Assembly (NCBI GenBank): GCA_002687185.1
Contig: NYZO01000106.1
Location: forward strand, 10,013 to 34,012
Direction: 5' to 3'
DNA: 24,000 nucleotides
DNA from: an archaeon
GTDB taxonomy: Archaea; Nanobdellota; Nanobdellia; SCGC-AAA011-G17; GW2011-AR20
The notes below the pieces were generated by a model that made no database searches, was not told where the DNA came from, and saw nothing but the letters and a program-made list of their open reading frames with translations. Below, in pieces: positions 17,830-24,000 of the stretch (positions are counted from its first letter, which is position 1; every line of letters starts with the position of its first letter). Both the position numbers and the translations under genes were made by a program.

Positions 17830-18135
17830 ATGGCTTATCTTAAGGTTGAGTGGGAACAGTGGAAAGCAGGTGTACTTTACACGAGCCGTTTTAATCCATG
17901 GGTACATGCTATTGATGAATCGTCTGATATGTCGGTTAATTTTGAAGACTGTTTGATCTTTATTATGAGTCAGTTTAAAGAAGGGACGAAGTTGATTCCG
18001 TCTATGGGATACATGGAATTGGAAGTTACAGGGGATTTACCTGAAAAAGAAAAACTAGTTTTGGAAGGAATTGTTGAATTGTATAACAACGCCCCAATTT
18101 TATATGATACGTTTCTAACCCCAACGCTTAAATAA
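17830..18135 (+). CDS. Hypothetical protein (101 aa), first gene of the MinD-like cluster
   Basis: Intact ORF, 21 nt upstream of the next gene. No motif recognised. Confidence 0.45.
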   Translation: MAYLKVEWEQWKAGVLYTSRFNPWVHAIDESSDMSVNFEDCLIFIMSQFKEGTKLIPSMGYMELEVTGDLPEKEKLVLEGIVELYNNAPILYDTFLTPTLK

Positions 18136-18156
18136 AACCATTATTATAACGAACCT

Positions 18157-18726
18157 ATGCACGCACTAGTAAAAAAAGATATCTTGTCAATTCTAACCTC
18201 TGCCTCAAAAGCACTGAAACAATCAAACATAACTACTCTAAGACAATTAAGCGACCAAACACTTCATAACGCAAACATCTACCAAGACCCAGAAGCAATA
18301 ACTATTGCGGTTACCATGTACGCATTATTTAAAATTTATAGTCGACCCAATTACGCCAAATTACCAACTTGGACTACGTTCGACACTAATGTTAAAAATA
18401 ATCTACTACACGCAAAACAACATTTAGAAAAAAACGATTATTCAGAGTTTAGTACTTCTTTAAAAAACATAACAAGTATAATCGACAAACTAGACAAAAA
18501 ACTTCGAAGCTACTTAAAAGATGTAATTTACAGAGCCCACATCAGCAAAGCAAGTAGATTTTATGAACACGGCGTCTCAATTGGCAGAACCGCAGAACTG
18601 TTGGGCGTCACAAGATGGGAGCTCATGGACTACGTAGGAAAAACCGGCATCCCGGACAAGAAGTATAACATCACAAAAACTCCAAAACAGCGACTAAAAG
18701 AGGCAAAAGCGTTCTTTAATCAGTAA
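18157..18726 (+). CDS. Helical protein with C-terminal UPF0175-like HTH domain
   Basis: The C-terminus ASRFYEHGVSIGRTAELLGVTRWELMDYVGKTGIP resembles the UPF0175/COG2886 HTH family (…GKISLGKAAELAGMSxWEFxxLLxxxGIP). The N-terminal ~130 aa is helical, with weak similarity to the next two ORFs (DPxxIxIA...YxAxK). Confidence 0.5.
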   Translation: MHALVKKDILSILTSASKALKQSNITTLRQLSDQTLHNANIYQDPEAITIAVTMYALFKIYSRPNYAKLPTWTTFDTNVKNNLLHAKQHLEKNDYSEFSTSLKNITSIIDKLDKKLRSYLKDVIYRAHISKASRFYEHGVSIGRTAELLGVTRWELMDYVGKTGIPDKKYNITKTPKQRLKEAKAFFNQ

Positions 18727-18768
18727 AGCAACATAATCTTTAAAAAAATCAATCCCTTCTAAGAACTT

Positions 18769-19236
18769 ATGCAACAGCTCAAAGAATTAATCACTACTGC
18801 TAACAAACATATCAGAACTGCAGACCATTTAGCGTATATGACGTATCCTTTAATAAAAGACCCAAAACTCATCATCAAAATAGCAGAACATGTATACCAC
18901 GCAATGAAAGTAGGCATTGAAGCAGTAGTATTTTACGAGCGACTCTACAAACGAATTAGCCAAGTAGGAGACGAGTTCACAGCAAAATACGACTTATTCA
19001 AAACTAAATGCGCTAAAAGATACGCAATTGACAGCACCCAAATACTTGCTTTTGAAGATCTTAACACAATACTTAAAGAACATAAAGATAGTCAAGTCAG
19101 TTTTATAAGGGAACAAAAACTAGTTATTTGTTCTGATCAGTTCCAAAATATCCGAACATTAACCATAGAGAGAGTGAAAACCTTTTTAAACTTGGCAAAA
19201 CAGTTTATTGTCAAAACTAATCAGATAGTACGATGA
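18769..19236 (+). CDS. Hypothetical helical protein (155 aa), paralog pair A member 1
   Basis: Intact ORF. Its stop overlaps the next start (ATGA at 19233-19236). Shares sequence patterns with 19233-19661. Confidence 0.5.
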   Translation: MQQLKELITTANKHIRTADHLAYMTYPLIKDPKLIIKIAEHVYHAMKVGIEAVVFYERLYKRISQVGDEFTAKYDLFKTKCAKRYAIDSTQILAFEDLNTILKEHKDSQVSFIREQKLVICSDQFQNIRTLTIERVKTFLNLAKQFIVKTNQIVR

Positions 19237-19661
19237 ATGATACGCTTGATCTTACACGGTCCATAGAAGAGTTAAAGCGAGTGGACCATCAATATTTTGT
19301 AACGCTTAAGTATACAAGAACAGCGGACGTTATTTTAAACACTATCAAACGTATGATTTCAGCTATAGAATTCGGCGCTGATGATGTGCTAGCATATAAA
19401 TTAGCCAAAAACAAAATTAAAGAAGTACCACCGACTAATAAAGAGCGAGTGGAAATGTTACAGAAATTTGGCTTATTAGTAAAAGATGTCGAATTTTATA
19501 ATTTTTTGAAAAAGCTTGAGAGGGCAGAGTATAAAGGGGAAAATGAGTATAGGAAAGGAGTTGCTATGGTAACGTCTTTTGCAGAGGTGGATATTTTGGT
19601 GCTGGGTGAATATTTCGAACATACCCAAGCACTTATCGAAAAACTAATGAAAATAAAATGA
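19233..19661 (+). CDS. Hypothetical helical protein (142 aa), paralog pair A member 2
   Basis: Intact ORF with ATGA overlaps at both ends (19233-36 and 19658-61), so it is translationally coupled to the ATPase gene. Confidence 0.5.
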   Translation: MNDTLDLTRSIEELKRVDHQYFVTLKYTRTADVILNTIKRMISAIEFGADDVLAYKLAKNKIKEVPPTNKERVEMLQKFGLLVKDVEFYNFLKKLERAEYKGENEYRKGVAMVTSFAEVDILVLGEYFEHTQALIEKLMKIK

Positions 19662-20425
19662 CTAGATTCATCGCTTGTGTATCAGCCAAAGGAGGCGTGG
19701 GCAAAACCACGACCGCTATTAATTTAGGCATCGCACTCAACCAGTTCAAACGTGATGTTATTATTGTTGATGCAAATACAACCACACCAAGCGTTGGTGT
19801 TAGTCTTGGCACACCGTTAGTTGAAACAGGGTTGTATGACGCACTAAAGAACGGTGCTGTTGAAGATATAATCCATTATCATGATTCAGGTACCAAAGTT
19901 ATACCCTCACAATTAGACTTGAAAACACGTGAAGCAGTTAGTTTCGCGCAACTTAAACGGTTATTTACCTCACTTAAAGGCATGACTGATATTGCTCTAT
20001 TTGATTGTAGTGCGGGCGTGAGCAAAGAAGTGTCGTTTATTATGAAGTTAGTTGACGAATTATTGATTGTTACAACGCCTGACCCGACCAGTGTTACAGC
20101 AGCACTTAAAACAGTGCGCATGGCTGAGGAGATGGGCAAAGATATTGTGGGCATTGTTGTTACACGCAAAAAAGGCAAGCTTGATTTGAGCAAGTCTGAG
20201 ATTGAAGAGACAATGGGCTACCCTGTTATAAGCAGCATCCCAGAAGACGATTTTATAAGGCGCGCGCAGCACAATCAAAACGCGATCATAAGTCTGTATC
20301 CACGAGCTCCTGCGTCAATTGCTTATCGTAATTTAGCAGCGGTTGTTGTTGAGGAGCCGTATCATGAGCGTGTACCCAAAGACGGTATGTTAAAACGTGT
20401 TGTTAAAGCTATTCAAAACCGTTAA
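19658..20425 (+). CDS. MinD/ParA-family P-loop ATPase (archaeal MinD-like)
   Basis: Deviant Walker A with signature lysine (SAKGGVGKTTTAINLG). Walker A' and B regions are present (ALFDCSAG, ELLIVTTPD). The 255-aa size fits. The C-terminus GMLKRVVKAIQNR could form an amphipathic helix. Confidence 0.87.
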   Translation: MTRFIACVSAKGGVGKTTTAINLGIALNQFKRDVIIVDANTTTPSVGVSLGTPLVETGLYDALKNGAVEDIIHYHDSGTKVIPSQLDLKTREAVSFAQLKRLFTSLKGMTDIALFDCSAGVSKEVSFIMKLVDELLIVTTPDPTSVTAALKTVRMAEEMGKDIVGIVVTRKKGKLDLSKSEIEETMGYPVISSIPEDDFIRRAQHNQNAIISLYPRAPASIAYRNLAAVVVEEPYHERVPKDGMLKRVVKAIQNR

Positions 20426-20448
20426 AAAAGGAGATTATTATTACAAAC

Positions 20449-20805
20449 ATGCATACACAGATTAATATAAATAATGTTTTACACAAATTTAGAGAAGAGG
20501 TTGCTAATCAGTATAGAAGAGAACTTCGAGTAAGTTCATATAACCGAATGGAACATGGTTTTACAGGGGAAACTTTTTATCAGTTATATGAACAACGGGG
20601 AAGAATAGCTACATTTTTCGGGCGATCTAAAAAATCTTTAGTTGAGATTACTATGAAACAAACACATTTTCTTGAATCTGATGATAGAGCTCAAGTGTCG
20701 TTTTCGGTGAAATTGCCAGATAAGAAAATCCGCTCAAAAGCGAGGGAGTATTTAGCTGCTTACGGCGAAGAGAACCGAATCGAATTTGTTTTATTGAAAT
20801 CATAA
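20449..20805 (+). CDS. Hypothetical protein (118 aa), paralog pair B member 1
   Basis: Intact ORF with GGAG 15 nt upstream of the ATG, 23 nt after the ATPase stop. Shares YxLYEQ ... A[RQ][EK]YL ... E[EQ]NxxEF with 20945-21334. Confidence 0.5.
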   Translation: MHTQININNVLHKFREEVANQYRRELRVSSYNRMEHGFTGETFYQLYEQRGRIATFFGRSKKSLVEITMKQTHFLESDDRAQVSFSVKLPDKKIRSKAREYLAAYGEENRIEFVLLKS

Positions 20806-20944
20806 TAAGGCGAATCAAAGATCAAATCTAATGACGTTTGATGTTAATTGATACTGATCCGTATCGCGAGCATGTACTAAAGATGTCCAAGGTGTAATTG
20901 AAACGATTCGAAATAGTTAAAAAGAGTGGTTTTATAGGTTTATT

Positions 20945-21334
20945 ATGGAATCTCAAGCACCTGCTATAGATGGTCTTACTACTTATCAAGTATTATCTCT
21001 TATAGGTCAAGAAGAACAACATAATTTTAAAAGGACACTTGAACCTGGTAGAATTACTTCTAAAATGTTGAATAAAGAGAACTTAAGTGATGAAAAGTAT
21101 TGTTTATACGAACAGCCCAAAAGAGTATTTTTAATGAAACAACCTCTGAGCAATGGGAAGGTAATATTAGACGTAACTTTCCATACCAAAGAAACTCAAG
21201 ACAGGGAATGTCCACAGACTTTTAATTTGACCGTATATCATCCCGATTTTATAGACACCGCCCAAAAATACTTAAGGTTGCATGCAGAACAAAATCACAT
21301 GGAGTTTCATTTTTGTTTTAAAAAGTACTTTTAA
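20945..21334 (+). CDS. Hypothetical protein (129 aa), paralog pair B member 2
   Basis: Intact ORF. Collinear motif matches to 20449-20805. Confidence 0.5.
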   Translation: MESQAPAIDGLTTYQVLSLIGQEEQHNFKRTLEPGRITSKMLNKENLSDEKYCLYEQPKRVFLMKQPLSNGKVILDVTFHTKETQDRECPQTFNLTVYHPDFIDTAQKYLRLHAEQNHMEFHFCFKKYF

Positions 21335-21383
21335 TTAGTCGGGTAGACAAACCCTTATCTTCAAACTTAATACGAACGAACAC

Positions 21384-21392
21384 TTTATAAAA
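21384..21392 (+). promoter_or_regulatory. TATA box for tRNA-His copy 2
   Basis: TTTATAAAA centred ~29 nt upstream of the tRNA 5' end at 21417. Confidence 0.5.
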
Positions 21393-21416
21393 TATTATAT
21401 TCTATTTTTCTATCAT

Positions 21417-21489
21417 GGCGGTTGTAGTATAGTGGTTAGTATACAAGACTGTGGCTCTTGGGACCCGGGTTCGATTCCCGGCTTCCGCC
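21417..21489 (+). tRNA. tRNA-His (anticodon GUG), copy 2, with encoded G-1
   Basis: Hand-folded cloverleaf: G-1 | GCGGTTG | TA | GTAT-AGTGGTTA-GTAT | A | CAAGA-CTGTGGC-TCTTG | GGAC | CCGGG-TTCGATT-CCCGG | CTTCCGC | C73. The same U5-U68 and U6-U67 mismatches occur as in copy 1. Confidence 0.82.
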
Positions 21490-21510
21490 CTAACTTTCCT
21501 CAATATTGGT

Positions 21511-21547
21511 CATTGGCGATGCAAACTATTGTGCATTGGTAATGCAA
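21511..21547. promoter_or_regulatory. Direct repeat CATTGG-NN-ATGCAA x2 just upstream of the ATPase TATA box (candidate operator)
   Basis: CATTGGCGATGCAA (21511-24) and CATTGGTAATGCAA (21534-47) match at 12/14 with 23-bp periodicity. An internal inverted repeat ATGCA/TGCAT is also present. Confidence 0.35.
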
Positions 21548-21549
21548 GC

Positions 21550-21557
21550 TTTTATAT
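21550..21557 (+). promoter_or_regulatory. TATA box for the AAA+ ATPase gene
   Basis: TTTATATA ends 23 nt before ATG 21580, consistent with a leaderless or near-leaderless transcript. Confidence 0.5.
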
Positions 21558-21579
21558 AGTAGTAGATCTTAGAATTACT

Positions 21580-22773
21580 ATGGTCTTAAAACAGGACATC
21601 AGAGAAACACTCAAAAAACAGATATCTGATCTAAATAAAAAGGAGAGTGGCATAAAGAGAGAAATATTAAAAAAAATTGACTTAGACGTCCCTCATGCGA
21701 TAATTGTCTCGGGCATTAGGAGATGTGGAAAAAGTACGTTATTGCATCAACTTATGAAAAAGAGCGTTTACTACTTTAATTTTGAAGATCCTAGAGTTTT
21801 AAGTTTTAAAGTGAGTGATTTTGAAAAATTAAAAGAAATATTCATTGAGGTATTCGGTGAAAAAAAGATTTATTTTTTAGATGAGATCCAAAATGTCCCT
21901 AATTGGGAAGTTTTTGTAAGATCTGAGATGGATAGCGGAAAAAAGTTTGTGATAACCGGGTCTAATGCAACACTTTTAAGTAAAGAACTTGGAACAAGAT
22001 TAACAGGAAGATATTTGAGGTATGAATTATATCCTTTTTCCTATAAAGAGTTTTTACAATTTACAAAAAAGAAAGCTTCAAAAGATTCCTTACGAAAGTA
22101 TATGGAAAAAGGAGGTTTTCCTGAATATCTAAAGTATGACAACAGTGATATCCTTCGTGATTTATTGGATAGTGTCATTACAAGAGACGTTTTGGTTAGA
22201 AATAATATTCGAGAAGCCGATCAAGTAAAAAAAATTTGTATCTATCTTTTGTCAAACATTGGAAAACAGTTTTCACTAAACAAGTTAACGAAACATTTTG
22301 GTATAGGTTCTGTTAACACCGTACGTTCTTATATTTCTTTTTTCGAGGATAGTTATTTGTTATTTACGGTCCCAAAATTTGATTATTCTTTTAAAAAACA
22401 GATCGTAAATCCTAAGAAGATTTATTCTATTGATGTAGGATTATCAACAGCAAATTCTATTTCATTCTCAAAAGATAAAGGCCGAATTTTAGAAAATCTC
22501 GTGTTTTTACATCTCAAACGAAAATATGACGAAATATTCTACTATAAAAATAAATCTGAATGTGATTTTGTTGTAAAAGATAAAGATAAGATTTTGTTCT
22601 GTGTACAGGTTTGTTTTATAGTAAATGAAGATAACAAAATGAGAGAATCAAATGGATTAAAAGAAGCTATGCAAGATTTAAATGTTAAAAAAGGTTTTAT
22701 AATTACCTTTGATCAAGAGGATATTATTGATGATATACCATTAATCCCTGCATGGCGTTGGTTCAGCACCTGA
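21580..22773 (+). CDS. AAA+ ATPase of the COG1373 / DUF4143 type (ATPase plus C-terminal nuclease-fold-like domain)
   Basis: Walker A GIRRCGKST and Walker B IYFLDEIQ. The C-terminal region with ...YYKNKSECDFVV... is typical of this family. The track ORF (GTG 21451) reads through the tRNA, so I used ATG 21580 downstream of the TATA box. Confidence 0.82.
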   Translation: MVLKQDIRETLKKQISDLNKKESGIKREILKKIDLDVPHAIIVSGIRRCGKSTLLHQLMKKSVYYFNFEDPRVLSFKVSDFEKLKEIFIEVFGEKKIYFLDEIQNVPNWEVFVRSEMDSGKKFVITGSNATLLSKELGTRLTGRYLRYELYPFSYKEFLQFTKKKASKDSLRKYMEKGGFPEYLKYDNSDILRDLLDSVITRDVLVRNNIREADQVKKICIYLLSNIGKQFSLNKLTKHFGIGSVNTVRSYISFFEDSYLLFTVPKFDYSFKKQIVNPKKIYSIDVGLSTANSISFSKDKGRILENLVFLHLKRKYDEIFYYKNKSECDFVVKDKDKILFCVQVCFIVNEDNKMRESNGLKEAMQDLNVKKGFIITFDQEDIIDDIPLIPAWRWFST

Positions 22774-22807
22774 CGTTTCAAGTAGAAATCATCAATATCC
22801 TTTTGTT

Positions 22808-22999
22808 TGGGAACTAGGCGAGGAGGTTAGGAATTTTCGCGGTTTCCCAACACGTGATTCAGGACCTATGAGCGGAAAAGAAGTCCCAGTTTATCCCGGT
22901 GCACGATACGAAGCGCACGTATCAATTCCGGACAAAAACATACATTATAAACTTGATTTTATGGTTCAATCATCTCTTGCGTTAAGAGTTAACGAGTAA
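22808..22999 (+). pseudogene. GC-rich island: start-less open frame (gene remnant?) or structured RNA
   Basis: An 85-codon stop-free frame (22745-22999) has no ATG, GTG or TTG before ATG 22868, which would leave 43 aa. Translation: ...WELGEEVRNFRGFPTRDSGPMSGKEVPVYPGARYEAHVSIPDKNIHYKLDFMVQSSLALRVNE. By my count, 60 of 120 nt are G+C in 22801-22920, against 15-16 of 60 in adjacent coding sequence. Confidence 0.3.
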
Positions 23000-24000
23000 T
23001 CGTAAAGCTTTGCACTTGTTCAAACAATTCTTTTGCTTTCTTATTCTTTTCAAAGTGGTCTCTTGTAGGTTTTAGAATTTTATCAATATTTAAAGAGACC
23101 ATGTTCTTCAAATCCATCGGATGTAGTTTTTTCTTTAAGTATACCTTTTCTAATTCACTATACTCTTTAAATGATACATCCCCTCCGAATTTCTTAGGTC
23201 GCTCAATCGTAATAGTTTTAAACTTTTCAAATATTAAGTATTTGCAGTATTCAAGTATAGGATTTTGTTCACTTATGCCTTCAGGGCAATAGGCTTTCTT
23301 TATCTTTTTGTCAATCATCTCTTTTGTATCTGTCATAAATATTGCTGTGTGCGGTCTTGATTTTGACATCTTTAATTCAAGTAGTCTATCTTCAACTTTT
23401 TTCGGCGGTTGTCCTAATCCCATTAACATATGATGATGTATTGCAACAGGCTTGTATCCGAACAATTTCTCGCCTAATTCACGTGCTAATACATTTACTT
23501 TTCGCTGATCCATGCCAAGTTGTGCGATATCTGCTTTTAATGTGAAAATATCTGCACATTGCATGCACGGGTACAAAATTTGTGAGGCTTGGAGTACTTC
23601 GCCGTCTTTTCTACCCATGATCTGGCCGCATCTAATAATTCGTCTTACGGTGCTGTGTCTTGATATCTGCATAACTTTCTTCCAGTACTCAGGGTCTTTG
23701 ACGAGTTCGCTAGCCCACACAAACTTAACATTATCTAGGTCCATGCCGGATGCCTTCCAGATTTCAATTAAATATTTACCACACGTCTGAATTTTGTCTA
23801 AATCGCCGCCATATTTATTGTTCGCCCAAGCGTGCCAGTCTGCAACGAACATTTTGAATGTAATCCCCATCTTAGCTAGTTTATTAATTGTTAATGCTCT
23901 GATAACTCCTTGTGCTATGTGTGGGTTACCGCTTGGTTCAAACCCGTCATAAGCTATTAGTTTCTTTTTAGTTTCGAATAGCGTCTTTAGTTCGTGTTCA
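22989..24000 (-). CDS. tyrS: Tyrosyl-tRNA synthetase (archaeal type); N-terminus runs off the window
   Basis: KMSKS loop (LKMSKSRP), YPCMQCADI, KKAYCPEGISEQNPILEY and RPKKFGGDVSF...LHPMDLKN closely parallel archaeal TyrRS. The frame stays open upstream of the track's Met (…LIAYDGFEPSGNPHIAQG, the HIGH-region equivalent) to the window edge. Confidence 0.9.
   Translation of the reverse strand, partial: EHELKTLFETKKKLIAYDGFEPSGNPHIAQGVIRALTINKLAKMGITFKMFVADWHAWANNKYGGDLDKIQTCGKYLIEIWKASGMDLDNVKFVWASELVKDPEYWKKVMQISRHSTVRRIIRCGQIMGRKDGEVLQASQILYPCMQCADIFTLKADIAQLGMDQRKVNVLARELGEKLFGYKPVAIHHHMLMGLGQPPKKVEDRLLELKMSKSRPHTAIFMTDTKEMIDKKIKKAYCPEGISEQNPILEYCKYLIFEKFKTITIERPKKFGGDVSFKEYSELEKVYLKKKLHPMDLKNMVSLNIDKILKPTRDHFEKNKKAKELFEQVQSFTITR

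Noticed and set aside
21451-21579. GTG-initiated N-terminal extension of the ATPase ORF (MALGTRVRFPASAL...)
   Set aside because: It is read through the tRNA-His gene and across the TATA box at 21550. The ATG at 21580 is the plausible start.
22870-22887. GAGCGGAAAAGAAGTCCC resembling the RNase P RNA CR-I motif (GAGGAAAGUCC)
   Set aside because: The match is imperfect. I found no CR-IV or CR-V counterpart (ACAGAAxxCGGCUUA) and no convincing P4 partner. The ~215-nt gap is short for RNase P RNA. This should only be decided by a covariance-model scan.
21490-22990. Integrated mobile element at tRNA-His copy 2
   Set aside because: No integrase or transposase gene is present. No convincing direct repeat of the tRNA 3' end exists; the best candidate, ATTCCGGAC at ~22924 versus ATTCCCGGC, is too weak.

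Overview
AT-rich archaeal chromosomal segment, most likely from a small-genome DPANN-type lineage (inference from gene content). Housekeeping genes dominate. They include aIF2-gamma, a translationally coupled gyrB-gyrA pair whose GyrA carries a 145-aa mini-intein, and an SPFH/stomatin protein. The conserved archaeal cluster PIN(Fcf1-like)-Rpo7/RpoE'-Spt4-S24e-S27ae is present, along with ScpA, HisRS, endonuclease III, a small FNR-like/ferredoxin operon, and a TyrRS truncated by the window edge. Three regions are not ordinary. (1) A co-oriented histidine module at 12.4-15.1 kb: tRNA-His, a Shine-Dalgarno-led mini-ORF, a HisG(short)-HisE fusion, then HisRS joined by an ATGA overlap. The tRNA is flanked by two diverged copies of a ~31-34 nt element. 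(2) A second, diverged tRNA-His(GUG) at 21.4 kb. Both copies share a tandem U-U mismatch at acceptor positions 5:68 and 6:67. (3) A seven-gene plus-strand cluster at 17.8-21.3 kb of uncharacterised proteins around a MinD/ParA-type ATPase. It contains two tandem paralog pairs and a UPF0175-like HTH protein. This is my best candidate for an undescribed positioning or segregation-type system. Smaller oddities are listed as findings: a cysteine-free aIF2-gamma, an acidic mini-protein coupled to gyrA, candidate RNA structures, and a GC-rich island. No CRISPR array, rRNA or transposase was seen. All functional calls come from motif recognition by eye, with no database search.
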